DNA from: an uncultured Clostridia bacterium
GTDB lineage: Bacteria; Bacillota; Clostridia; Christensenellales; UBA1242
Assembly: GCA_934778205.1 (NCBI GenBank)
Contig: CAKVOD010000003.1
Span: 109,890 to 173,889, forward strand
Direction: 5' to 3'
DNA: 64,000 nucleotides
Under the pieces are notes generated by a model. It was not told the origin of the DNA, did not search any database, and worked only from the letters and a program-made list of their open reading frames with translations. Shown here in pieces: positions 1 through 9,079 of the stretch; position 1 is the stretch's first letter, and each line of letters starts with the position of its first letter. The position numbers and the translations under genes are program-made.

Positions 1-342
1 ACAATCGTCTTGTTTTTAGGTTCGCCAAGCGCTTTTATTTCGTCAAAGGTTTTTCTAGCTTGCTCGATGATTGCAGATTTTGTGAAATTTATATTGACAA
101 ATCCGACTCCTGCGATTGTTGCACTTTCAACTATATCTAAATCGTTTAGTTTTTCACAAATTTTACTCGCAAGTTCACTTGGTGTGAAACCAAATTTCTT
201 TGCAAGTGCCATTGCCCCATTGTACTGATATTGCCCAAGTTCTGGGCGACTACTCTCAACAACTTTGACATCACTTTCTATATTGAGTTCCTTCAAAATC
301 GATTGTATTTTTTCTTCAATTGTTTTAATTAATTCTATCATT
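1..342 (-). CDS. argS: Arginine--tRNA ligase, N-terminal part only (gene continues past the left window edge)
   Basis: Absent from the ORF track because it is open at the window edge. Manual reverse-strand translation from ATG (342-340) gives MIELIKTIEEKIQSILKELNIESDVKVVESSRPELGQYQYNGAMALAKKFGFTPSELASKICEKLNDLDIVESATIAGVGFVNINF... This matches the ArgRS N-terminal signature (F/L)G(D/Q)YQxNxAMxLAK ... IAGPGFINI. There is no stop down to position 1. It starts about 20 nt after the serS stop. Confidence 0.7.
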
Positions 343-362
343 TTTAACCTAATTTGTTACAC

Positions 363-1664
363 TCACACCAACTGTCCGTTGACATCTATTTTTTCATAAG
401 GCAAATATTTTTTCAATGCTTCAGGAATCAAAATACTGCCGTCCTCTTGTTGGTAATTTTCCATAACAGCAATAAGGGTTCTACCAACTGGCAAACCCGA
501 GCCATTGAGCGTGTGAATGAACTCGTTTTTCTTTGTTTCACTGTTTTTAAATTTGATGTTTGCGCGTCGCGCTTGAAAGTCAAGGAAATTTGAACAACTT
601 GAAATTTCTCTATAGCGTTGTTGCCCTGGGAGCCAAACTTCAAGGTCATTGCAGTAGCAAGCGCTAAATCCAAGGTCGCCTGTGCAAAGTGCGACGACTC
701 TATAGTGTAGCCCAAGTTTATCCAAAATGCGTTTTGCGCACCCGACAAGGTCCTTAAACTCATCCCACGATTGTTCTGGAGTTGTAAATCTTACCATTTC
801 GACTTTGTCAAACTGGTGTTGACGGAAAATTCCTTTGACGTCCTTGCCCGCGCTACCCGCTTCGACTCTAAAACAATTTGACAAACAACTATATCTAATC
901 GGCAATTCCTCTTGCTTCAAAACTTCGTTGTTGAAAAGGTTTGTCACAGGAACTTCAGCAGTTGGAATCATAAACAATTCCTTGCCATTTGAAACCGTTT
1001 TGAACATATCCTCTTCAAATTTTGGCAACTGTCCTGTCCCTTCCATAATATTTCTACCGACAAGCACAGGTACGCTGACTGGCGTATACCCATTTTCAAG
1101 TGCACAATCGCAAAGAAAATTGCGAATTGCCATTTCAAGGCGGGCGCCTGCTCCCTTCAAAACTGAAAATCTTGCGCCCGAAAGTTTTGCTGCGCGCTCC
1201 ATATCAATGATACCCATTTTTTCGCCCAAAATATGGTGCTCAACTGGCGTGAACGCAAATTCAGGCTTTTGACCGCAGTACTCCAAAACTTCGTTTTCGT
1301 CCTCGTCTTTACCGCGTGGTGTGAAATCCGCTGGTATGTTTGGCATACGCATCATATAGTTTTTGAGTTCGGCTTCAAGCGTACTAAGTTCAGTTTCAAG
1401 CGCTTTGACTTTGTCACTGACTTCAGTCATTTCGGCTTTTATTTTTTCAATTTCTTCAGCGTTTTTTTCTTTTTCGCGCATCAGTTGCCCTACTTTATCC
1501 GCGCCTTTGTTGCGCACGCTTTGCAGTTCTTGACACTCACTGCGCACATCGCTGATTTTTTCGTTGAGGTTCAAAAAATATTCCTTATCAAGGTCAAACT
1601 TTTTGAGCTTCAGTTTTTCAGCATATTCGTCAATGTTCTCTAACATTTTTCTTAGTTCTAACAT
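363..1664 (-). CDS. serS: Serine--tRNA ligase
   Basis: 433-aa ORF. It has an N-terminal coiled-coil arm followed by a class II core (GARFSVLKG, TAEVPVTNL, FRQHQFDKVEMV, LNGSGLPVGRTLIAVMENYQ) typical of SerRS. Confidence 0.95.
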   Translation of the reverse strand: MLELRKMLENIDEYAEKLKLKKFDLDKEYFLNLNEKISDVRSECQELQSVRNKGADKVGQLMREKEKNAEEIEKIKAEMTEVSDKVKALETELSTLEAELKNYMMRMPNIPADFTPRGKDEDENEVLEYCGQKPEFAFTPVEHHILGEKMGIIDMERAAKLSGARFSVLKGAGARLEMAIRNFLCDCALENGYTPVSVPVLVGRNIMEGTGQLPKFEEDMFKTVSNGKELFMIPTAEVPVTNLFNNEVLKQEELPIRYSCLSNCFRVEAGSAGKDVKGIFRQHQFDKVEMVRFTTPEQSWDEFKDLVGCAKRILDKLGLHYRVVALCTGDLGFSACYCNDLEVWLPGQQRYREISSCSNFLDFQARRANIKFKNSETKKNEFIHTLNGSGLPVGRTLIAVMENYQQEDGSILIPEALKKYLPYEKIDVNGQLV

Positions 1665-1672
1665 AATAACTC

Positions 1673-3823
1673 CTAAAATTCTCTATCTAATCTCATTGAG
1701 AGTGCGATTTTGTTTCTTTCAACGTCCACACTCTTAATTTTTACTTTAACTTGGTCTCCTACTTGCACTTCTTCAGATGGATGCTTGATATATCTGTCGC
1801 AAATTTCAGAAATATGCACAAGTCCGTCTTGATGAACTCCTATATCGACAAATACCCCAAAGTCGACAACGTTTCTAACCACGCCGTCAAATACCATATT
1901 TTTTTGCAAGTCGTTGATGTCCATAACATCCGTACGCAAAACTGGTTGTGGCAATGAATCGCGAATATCTCTACCCGGTTTCATAAGTTCCTCAATAATA
2001 TCCTCAAGTGTAGGCACGCCAACTCCACATTCTTCAGCAAGTTTTTCAAGCCCATAATGTTCGGCCTTTTTTCTCAAGAGTTCGACGCCATTATTTTTGA
2101 CATCGTCGTCACTATAACCCAAGATTTTGAGCATTTTTTGCGCTGCTCCATAACTTTCAGGGTGAACAGCGGTGTTGTCAAGTATGTTGTCCGCCCCAAC
2201 GATGCGTAAAAAGCCCGCACATTGCGTATATGCCTTTTCGCCAAACTTTGGAACATTCATAAGTTCGCTACGCGTCTTGAATGCGCCGTGGTCCTTGCGG
2301 TACTCGACAATTTTCTTCGCCGTGCCCATATTAAGTCCTGAAATGCGCGCAAGCAACGGATATGAAGCGGTATTGAGGTCAACGCCAACACTATTGACGC
2401 AATCTTCAACAACGCCATCGAGAACTTGCCCAAGTCTTGCTTGTGGCATATCGTGTTGATATTGTCCAACGCCGATTGATTTTGTGTCAATTTTGATGAG
2501 TTCAGCAAGTGGGTCTTGCAAACGGCGCGCGATGCTTGTCGCACTGCGGACGGTAACGTCGTATTGTGGGAATTCCTCCGTGCCAAGTTTTGAGGCACTA
2601 TATACTGATGCGCCTGCCTCGTTTGTCATTGCATATGTCACTGGTCGGTCAACTTCTTTTAATAGGTTTGCAACAAAAATTTCACTTTCCTTGCTGGCTG
2701 TACCATTACCAATAGAAATCACGTCAATTTTGTATTTATTAATCAAGTCTTTGATTATGGTTTTTGCGCCTTCAATGTCGTTTTGTGGCGGTGTTGGATA
2801 TGCAACTTTGAAATCTAACAAATTGCCGTTTGCATCGACTACTGCAAGTTTGCAACCTGTTCTATACGCTGGGTCAAAACCCAAAACGACTTTACCCTTG
2901 AGTGGCGGTTGCATTAAGAGTGGACGAAGATTGAGTTCAAACATTTTGATTGCTTGTTCGTTTGCAATATCGGTCAAAATATTGCGAATTTCGCGCGCGA
3001 TTGATGTTTCAATCAAGCGAGAATATGAGTCCGCGATAACTTCATCCATAATGTCGCCATAGTCACCGTTTTTCTTTTTGAACATTTCTTTCAAGAACTC
3101 AAGCGAGCGCGCTTCGTCCATTTCAATGTCGACTTTCAAACAATCTTCCTTTTCGCCACGATTGAGTGCAAGTATGCGGTGGCTTGGGATTGTTTCGACC
3201 TTTTCGCTGAATGCCTTATAAACTTCGTATTTTTTTGCTTCTTCATTATCGGTAAGTTTTGATGTAATTTTTGCATATTGCCCAAATAATGTGCGGAGCG
3301 CTTTGCGCATTTCGGCATTGTCGGAAATCATTTCCGCGATGATGTCCTTTGCGCCTGCGATTGCGTCCTCTGGAGTTGCAACTTCTTCGTTTACAAAAGT
3401 TTTTGCGTATTCATTGAGGTCTTGCGTATCGCTTTGCGCAAAAATATAGTCAGCAAGTGGTTGCAAGCCTTTTGCAATTGCCATTGAGGCGCGCGTTTTG
3501 CGCTTTGGTTTGAACGGACGATATATATCTTCGACCTCAGTCATCGTTTTAGCATTATCCAATGCTGTTTGGATTTCTGGCGTCATTTTTTCTTGCTCAG
3601 TGATTAGACGCGCAACTTCTTCCTTACGGTTTGTCAAGTTGCGAAGGTAAGTTAGTCGGTCGGCAAACTCACGCAAAACTTCGTCACTTGCAGAGCCTGT
3701 CATTTCCTTGCGGTAGCGGGCGATGAATGGAATTGTACATCCTTCGTCAATTAGCCCAATTATATTGTTTACGTGGAATTCACTCATCGAAAATTCCTGT
3801 GTTAATGTTTCAACTATTGTCAT
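1673..3823 (-). CDS. tex: Tex-like transcription accessory protein (YqgF/HhH/S1 domains)
   Basis: 716-aa ORF. The N-terminus (IPFIARYRKEMTG) is Tex-like. The C-terminus is an S1 domain (FDGVVRNVVDFGVFVDIGVHQDGLVHISE...VKVKIKSVDVERNKIALSMR). Length and order are typical of Tex/YhgF. Confidence 0.9.
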   Translation of the reverse strand: MTIVETLTQEFSMSEFHVNNIIGLIDEGCTIPFIARYRKEMTGSASDEVLREFADRLTYLRNLTNRKEEVARLITEQEKMTPEIQTALDNAKTMTEVEDIYRPFKPKRKTRASMAIAKGLQPLADYIFAQSDTQDLNEYAKTFVNEEVATPEDAIAGAKDIIAEMISDNAEMRKALRTLFGQYAKITSKLTDNEEAKKYEVYKAFSEKVETIPSHRILALNRGEKEDCLKVDIEMDEARSLEFLKEMFKKKNGDYGDIMDEVIADSYSRLIETSIAREIRNILTDIANEQAIKMFELNLRPLLMQPPLKGKVVLGFDPAYRTGCKLAVVDANGNLLDFKVAYPTPPQNDIEGAKTIIKDLINKYKIDVISIGNGTASKESEIFVANLLKEVDRPVTYAMTNEAGASVYSASKLGTEEFPQYDVTVRSATSIARRLQDPLAELIKIDTKSIGVGQYQHDMPQARLGQVLDGVVEDCVNSVGVDLNTASYPLLARISGLNMGTAKKIVEYRKDHGAFKTRSELMNVPKFGEKAYTQCAGFLRIVGADNILDNTAVHPESYGAAQKMLKILGYSDDDVKNNGVELLRKKAEHYGLEKLAEECGVGVPTLEDIIEELMKPGRDIRDSLPQPVLRTDVMDINDLQKNMVFDGVVRNVVDFGVFVDIGVHQDGLVHISEICDRYIKHPSEEVQVGDQVKVKIKSVDVERNKIALSMRLDREF

Positions 3824-4210
3824 AAATTTCTCCTGTCATTTGAATATCTTATTATAGCACATTTTTTTTAATTTTCCAACTTTTTTCACAAACACATTTA
3901 ACTTTGCTATTTAATAATTTAAACCAAATACATGCATTTTTTTATTTGATAAATCCACAGTATATTGCTATTTGAATTACTTAGAGTCGTGACAAAAAAA
4001 ATAGGTATTAGCCAATGCTGTTTGAAACTAGCAAAAATATAAGTATTTTAATCTACAAAAGATTAAGGTATTTTTTTACACTCTCTTAACTGAAACAAGA
4101 AACAAATATTACTGACGTTATCAAGGATTGTCGCAAATAGCGACATACATTTTAACCTTGACAACAAAGAATATTCGTTTCCCATAATAAAAAATGAAGA
4201 AAAAATAACA

Positions 4211-4255
4211 GCAAAAAGCGAAAGTGTGTTATGTTTACCAACACTTTCGCTTTTT
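4211..4255. terminator. Bidirectional rho-independent terminator (ends the mcrBC unit on the minus strand)
   Basis: 12-bp perfect stem AAGCGAAAGTGT (4215-4226) / ACACTTTCGCTT (4240-4251) with a 13-nt loop. It is flanked by an A-run on the left and a T-run on the right, so a U-tract follows the hairpin on either strand. Confidence 0.6.
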
Positions 4256-4276
4256 GTCTGCTTTAATTTCGTTTGT

Positions 4277-4340
4277 AGGTGAGTGCTTGTCTTCGGTGGA
4301 GCGTAGCGACACCGACTTGTATCAAGACAAGCACTCACTT
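4277..4340. other. Long GC-rich inverted repeat (15 bp perfect, about 17 with flanks) with a nested 5-bp hairpin, just downstream of mcrC
   Basis: GTGAGTGCTTGTCTT (4279-4293) pairs perfectly with AAGACAAGCACTCAC (4324-4338). Inside, CGGTG (4294-4298) pairs with CACCG (4310-4314). No U-tract follows on either strand. Confidence 0.8.
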
Positions 4341-4351
4341 AAATGCCATTT

Positions 4352-5380
4352 TCAATTTTTTATTAAATTATGTTCATCTATAATTTTAAATAATTGTTTT
4401 TTTATATCAATAAAATCACAATTCAAATCTAGGGTCATTGCAGAAATTTTATTACCATCCATTAAGTATGAATTGTTTGGAAAAATTGTTTCATCAGTTT
4501 TAGCATATAACAACATTCCTGAAACTTGCTTTCCATAAGCACTTTTATTTTTTACATATGCAAAAATTTGATATAGATTGTTAGAATGTAGTGTAATCGT
4601 ATCAAATTGTCTTTGTGTTGAATGTTCATAATATTTTGCATCTATAATCAAAACTTTTTCTTTTGTTTCAATCATAATGTCTGATTGCATTGTTGGTAGC
4701 ATAAAGTCATTATCATCATCTAATGCCCATTTGATTTGTGAAGATGCTACTTTTAAACTTGGGCATTCTTTTTTATAAAATTCTAAAATAAACTTCTCAT
4801 ACAATCTACACATTCTTTGCTCATCAATAAAATCATTGATTTTGAATTGTCCATTATTGTTTGATTGAATTAACCCTTTAATAACTAACCAACAAATATG
4901 AATTAACATTTTATAGGTTTGATTGTTTTTATTAAATTGAATTTTCCAGTTAATAGTAAATGGATTTAATTCTTCAACTTCATTAAAATATATCATTAAT
5001 CTTTTAAATTTTTTTTTCCTTTCTAATGAAATATCTGATTTTATCAAAAGTAAACTTGTTGTTTTTATTATTCTATTCAAATATGAGTTTGTTGAAAATT
5101 CATCATATTCGCAAACAAGTTGTTTCTTTTGAATTGCTGAATTTTTTATTGATTCGGTTATATTAAATTTGCCTTTAGGATTACTTAATTGAGATTGTTT
5201 TAAAATATATTCTTTGCCCAAGCCTCTTTTAATTTCTTGAGAAATACCTTTTATTAGAATTTCTGCGAATAAATCCCTTGCATTATCAAAATCTTCAGTT
5301 TCACAAGTTTTATATTTTCCTTGTTGTAAATTCTGAAAAGCATAAGACAGCATATAATATATATTTTTAATTTTTATCAC
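4352..5380 (-). CDS. mcrC: McrC-like nuclease subunit of a McrBC-type modification-dependent restriction system
   Basis: 342-aa ORF overlapping the upstream AAA+ gene by 4 nt. The C-terminal PD-(D/E)xK-type motif ...SDIMIETKEKVLIIDAKYYEH... matches the McrC D...(D/E)xK signature. Very AT-rich. Confidence 0.8.
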   Translation of the reverse strand: MIKIKNIYYMLSYAFQNLQQGKYKTCETEDFDNARDLFAEILIKGISQEIKRGLGKEYILKQSQLSNPKGKFNITESIKNSAIQKKQLVCEYDEFSTNSYLNRIIKTTSLLLIKSDISLERKKKFKRLMIYFNEVEELNPFTINWKIQFNKNNQTYKMLIHICWLVIKGLIQSNNNGQFKINDFIDEQRMCRLYEKFILEFYKKECPSLKVASSQIKWALDDDNDFMLPTMQSDIMIETKEKVLIIDAKYYEHSTQRQFDTITLHSNNLYQIFAYVKNKSAYGKQVSGMLLYAKTDETIFPNNSYLMDGNKISAMTLDLNCDFIDIKKQLFKIIDEHNLIKN

Positions 5381-7053
5381 TTAATTGAACCCCTTAAATT
5401 AAATATCCATTCATTTACTTTAAATTTCTCATCAAACCAATATTCTTTAATAAGTGGTATAAGTTCAAATTCTATAATATCAATCATTTCTTTGTCTGGA
5501 ACATTTTTACTTAAATTGCAGAAATAACTATGACCAATACAGAATCCGTTTCCAAGAGTTTCATCATTAGCAATAACTTCATTTAATCTTTTAACACAAT
5601 TTATTAAATTGCCAAAATTGGGATTTTCTATAGAGTCTTTATAAGTTTTAAATCCTTCAGTATCGAATCCAGGCACTATATCAAAGAAAGCAAATCTTCT
5701 TCTAAGAGCATAGTCTAACATTGCAAGGCTTCTATCGGCTGTATTCATCATTCCAATAATGTATACATTTTTTGGTACAGAGAATTTTTCATTGTTATAA
5801 ATTAATTGAATACTTGTATTTCTTTTGTCGTTCTCAATTAACATAAATAATTCGCCGAATATCTTACTTAAATTGCCACGATTTATTTCATCTATAATAA
5901 AGAAATATTTGTTTTCTTCATCTTTTTCTGCTTCTTTACAAAAATTATAAAACACACCTGTTTTTAATTCAAATCCAGTGGAGTCTGGTCTAAATCCCAT
6001 TATAAAATCTTCATAAGAATAGCTTTGGTGGAATTGTACCATATCAACTCTTTCAATATTTTTTTCACCAATAATTGAATATGCTAGTCTTTTTGCTATA
6101 TAAGTTTTTCCAACTCCTGGAGCACCTTGTAAAATTATATTTTTCTTATTTTCTAATAATCTTACAAGACTGTTATATGATTCAGTTGTCATATATACAT
6201 CACTTAAAAAGTCATCTTTAGTATATGCTGAGTATTTTTGTTCCTTTTCATCTTCTTCTAAGTTATGTTTCTTATCTTCAATCATTTGTTCTTGTTTCTT
6301 TTGTTGGTTTACTTCTTCTGAATATCTCCATGCTTCAAAAGACAATTCATTAAAATCTTTTAACTCACTTTTACCAGCAAACAAATATTCTTTTAATCTT
6401 TCAACAATAGTAAAATATTTTTGTGAGGATATTTTAGGCTCAACATTTGGTAAAGTATTTACCAATTCTGCTGGTAATTTTCCAGATTCATATATATACC
6501 ACTCATTTCTACTATCAAGATTTAAAAATGTATTTGGAGCAATCCAATAAAGTCCCATCGTAATTTTACTATTTCCATTTCCCTTTTTATTAATAACAAT
6601 ATCAAAATAGTAAGACAGTATTTTTCTATTTTCTGCTGTTGCATTTTTAGCATAATTTAATGCACTTTCAAATAAACACCAAAGTTCATCAATATCATTT
6701 TCTGCACGAAGATTTGCAAAATAATAAAAAGTAGCATTTTGATTATTTAAAACAGGAATACTACCAAAGGATGTAGGCAACTTTGCTTGAATATTTAATC
6801 TTTTTGCAAAGTTAGACATTATCTTTAATCTATTATCTTTAGTAATTCCTTTATTAAATAACCCAAAAATTGTAAATGGGTCAATATCTACTAATTTATT
6901 ATCAATTTCTAATGTTGGCATATTTATAGCAGAGTCTTTATATACATTTTCAACAAGAGAAACAAGTTCCTTTCTATTTACTTTGTACTTTAAAAGTTTT
7001 TGAGCAAATTCTTTATAAAAATCAACCCAATCAAATTGTTCTTTACTAAACAT
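5377..7053 (-). CDS. mcrB: McrB-like AAA+ GTPase subunit with a non-canonical ~290-aa N-terminal domain
   Basis: 558-aa ORF. It carries a Walker A motif (ILQGAPGVGKTYIAKRLA), FFIIDEINRGNLSKIFGEL (Walker B / McrB signature) and IIGMMNTADRSLAMLDYALRRRF, all typical of the McrB/5-methylcytosine restriction GTPase family. An extended -10 element (TGTTATAAT, reverse of 7088-7096) lies upstream. Confidence 0.8.
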   Translation of the reverse strand: MFSKEQFDWVDFYKEFAQKLLKYKVNRKELVSLVENVYKDSAINMPTLEIDNKLVDIDPFTIFGLFNKGITKDNRLKIMSNFAKRLNIQAKLPTSFGSIPVLNNQNATFYYFANLRAENDIDELWCLFESALNYAKNATAENRKILSYYFDIVINKKGNGNSKITMGLYWIAPNTFLNLDSRNEWYIYESGKLPAELVNTLPNVEPKISSQKYFTIVERLKEYLFAGKSELKDFNELSFEAWRYSEEVNQQKKQEQMIEDKKHNLEEDEKEQKYSAYTKDDFLSDVYMTTESYNSLVRLLENKKNIILQGAPGVGKTYIAKRLAYSIIGEKNIERVDMVQFHQSYSYEDFIMGFRPDSTGFELKTGVFYNFCKEAEKDEENKYFFIIDEINRGNLSKIFGELFMLIENDKRNTSIQLIYNNEKFSVPKNVYIIGMMNTADRSLAMLDYALRRRFAFFDIVPGFDTEGFKTYKDSIENPNFGNLINCVKRLNEVIANDETLGNGFCIGHSYFCNLSKNVPDKEMIDIIEFELIPLIKEYWFDEKFKVNEWIFNLRGSIK

Positions 7054-7155
7054 AATAATTTTATCCTTTTATTAAATTTCTGCAATCATTATAACATACA
7101 ATCATTAAATTTGTTCCATTTTTGAAAAAAAATTATAAAAGTTATTTCTTTTCAT

Positions 7156-7188
7156 AAAAAAAACGCCTTATCAAACTTAATGATAAAG
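7156..7188 (-). terminator. Rho-independent terminator after the ASCH gene
   Basis: On the minus strand: CTTTATCA-TTAAGTT-TGATAAGG (one G:U pair) followed by T8. It lies between the ASCH stop (7246) and the mcrB start (7053). Confidence 0.55.
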
Positions 7189-7245
7189 TGTCTAATTATT
7201 TCGCTAGTTTCAAAACTGCTAGCCTTTCCAACCTATTTTTAATTT

Positions 7246-7578
7246 TTATAAGTTCACCCAAATTATTGCGCCGTTGGGGTGCTTGTAACTGCGCGGCGTT
7301 GCATAACGTTCAGCGTCGGTCAAAACCCATGCAAAAGTTTTTTTATATGGTAAAAATGATGTATCTTTTATACAATGTTTGCTCTCATTATTTATGTAAT
7401 CTTCTAGCGACAATTCAAGTGAATCAACGAGTTTGCATTTCCCCACGACAAGACCACTGCCACTTTGTATCAATTCTATTTCCCCGCGAATACGCGTGTT
7501 TCTACCGCGAATTTCCCAGATTTTTTGTCCGTCCAAAATATAATCTATCCACGGTTTTTTTATCAATAATGCTTTCAT
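7246..7578 (-). CDS. ASCH (ASC-1 homology, PUA-like fold) domain protein
   Basis: 110-aa ORF MKALLIKKPWIDYILDGQKIWEIRGRNTRIRGEIELIQSG...AWVLTDAERYATP. Size and the pattern I..G.K..E.R...(R)G fit small stand-alone ASCH proteins. An RBS-like AGGGA lies upstream. Confidence 0.65.
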   Translation of the reverse strand: MKALLIKKPWIDYILDGQKIWEIRGRNTRIRGEIELIQSGSGLVVGKCKLVDSLELSLEDYINNESKHCIKDTSFLPYKKTFAWVLTDAERYATPRSYKHPNGAIIWVNL

Positions 7579-7626
7579 TTTCCGTCCCTTTCTTGTATTT
7601 AATCCTTATATTGATAAGTTTTAAAA

Positions 7627-8289
7627 TTATGGTATCAAAATGCCGACAGTTGGAAAAATTAGCGCCATAGATACAAAAAACAGCACCTTTCCTGCCCTTT
7701 TTTGACACCTAAGCATCAAAAATAGTTCAACAATAAATAAAGCAGAATATATTAAAACAAGAAAAATTGATAAGAAATTACTAATTAATGCTTTACCAGT
7801 TGCGCTTGCATTCAATTTGATGAAAAACAACATTATTGCTAGCCCAAATAAAACGCAATGCGTCACAAAGATTGCAATCAACATCGGAAAATCTGTTTTA
7901 CGTTGCTTCATCACATCTTCACCTAGTTTTTTTGTGGGCATAATATCGCTTGTTGCATCATTTTTATTTTGAAGATCTGAAATGATTTGCTCTGCAATTT
8001 CTTCATATTTTGATTTTTTATAATTGTCATTTTCAGGTTCTTGACCATTTTGTTCACCGACATTCAATGTCGTTTGATTCAGCTCTTGTTCACTAACAAC
8101 TTTGTTTGCGACATTGGAATTTTCATCAATTTTATTGTTTGATTCGCTAAAATTTGGCTCGTTCTTACCCTTTTCTTTTGGCTTTATGTATTCGCCGTCA
8201 ATTTCATTTGCACGTTTGTTGTAATCAAAATTATCTACGTTTTTGTTCCAGTCGTTAAAGCCACGACCATTCAAATCTTTTTTTGCCAT
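7627..8289 (-). CDS. Membrane protein: disordered N/E/K-rich N-terminal half and three C-terminal TM helices
   Basis: The track ORF starts at GTG 8298. ATG at 8289 (MAKKDL...) sits 8 nt after AAGGAG, which overlaps the deoC stop. The hydrophobic segments are FPMLIAIFVTHCVLFGLAIMLFFI, LISNFLSIFLVLIYSALFIVELFLML and VLFFVSMALIFPTVGILI. Confidence 0.6.
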   Translation of the reverse strand: MAKKDLNGRGFNDWNKNVDNFDYNKRANEIDGEYIKPKEKGKNEPNFSESNNKIDENSNVANKVVSEQELNQTTLNVGEQNGQEPENDNYKKSKYEEIAEQIISDLQNKNDATSDIMPTKKLGEDVMKQRKTDFPMLIAIFVTHCVLFGLAIMLFFIKLNASATGKALISNFLSIFLVLIYSALFIVELFLMLRCQKRAGKVLFFVSMALIFPTVGILIP

Positions 8290-8294
8290 ATAAC

Positions 8295-8939
8295 TCACTC
8301 CTTTGAAACAAGTGCTACACCACTGCTTGTGCCAATTCGCGTAGCACCTAAACTAATTAATTCTTCTGCAAAGCCTTTTGTTTTAATTCCACCACTTGCC
8401 TTTATCTCAATTGCGTTATGTGCAATTGCTACCATTGCTTTGATATCGTCAACGCTAGCGCCTCGCGTCCCAAACCCTGTGCTTGTTTTTATAAAGTCGG
8501 CGCGAGATGCAACACTTAGTTGCGTTAGTTTTTCGATTTGTTCACGATTTAGATAACAAGTTTCAATAATAACTTTCAAGATTTTCCCATTTGTTATATC
8601 TCGAACCGCCGTAATTTCATTGCTAACATAATCATAATTTCCCGAAAGAACTGCGCCAATATTAATTACCATATCAATTTCGTCCGCACCATTCTCAATC
8701 GCATTTTTTGCTTCAAAAACTTTAGTTTCCGTAGTATTTTGTCCAAGCGGAAAACCAATAACTGTGCAAACTTTGACTTTTGTGCCTTGTAACGCATTTT
8801 TTGCGACACTTACATAACAAGGACTAACACAAACGGCACAAAAACTATGTTCTATTGCTTCAGTGCACAATTTTTGTATGTCACTTGGCGTGGCAGTTGC
8901 TTTCAAAAGCGTATGGTCAATATACTGATTTAATTTCAT
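8295..8939 (-). CDS. deoC: Deoxyribose-phosphate aldolase
   Basis: MKLNQYIDHTLLKATATPSDIQKLCTEA...VCTVIGFPLG...EIDMVINIG...KVIIETCYL...FIKTSTGF...IKASGGI. It is collinear with DeoC, including the Schiff-base Lys context (KTSTGF). The track ORF begins 12 nt earlier at TTG (8951); the ATG start at 8939 aligns with known DeoC N-termini. Confidence 0.9.
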   Translation of the reverse strand: MKLNQYIDHTLLKATATPSDIQKLCTEAIEHSFCAVCVSPCYVSVAKNALQGTKVKVCTVIGFPLGQNTTETKVFEAKNAIENGADEIDMVINIGAVLSGNYDYVSNEITAVRDITNGKILKVIIETCYLNREQIEKLTQLSVASRADFIKTSTGFGTRGASVDDIKAMVAIAHNAIEIKASGGIKTKGFAEELISLGATRIGTSSGVALVSKE

Positions 8940-8999
8940 AAATGTCTTCAATATCCTCCTTTTACACTATTTTATCATACTATATACAATATTCAAAGC

Positions 9000-9023
9000 A
9001 AAAAACAGTGGCTTTAACCACTG
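9000..9023 (-). terminator. Weak rho-independent terminator after the M16 peptidase pair
   Basis: On the minus strand: CAGTGG-TTAAAG-CCACTG followed by TTTTTTG, about 55 nt downstream of the stop at 9080. The stem is only 6 bp. Confidence 0.4.
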
Positions 9024-9079
9024 CTAGAGGCTAATTTAGTTTCGATAACATTGTTCATAAATTCAATTATTACAAATTA

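Noticed and set aside
10-228. 72-aa plus-strand ORF at the left edge.
   Set aside because: It is antisense to the argS N-terminal coding region, which has a clear ArgRS signature.
4063-4538. ORFs 4063-4338 (minus) and 4224-4538 (plus) at the island border.
   Set aside because: They are built from the terminator and the long inverted repeat, or are antisense to mcrC. They have no RBS and are not credible.
7188-7708. 160-aa plus-strand ORF and 68-aa minus-strand ORF around the ASCH gene.
   Set aside because: The plus-strand ORF is antisense to the ASCH gene, which has a recognisable domain. The 68-aa ORF overlaps the ASCH 5' end and the upstream gene's 3' end in another frame.
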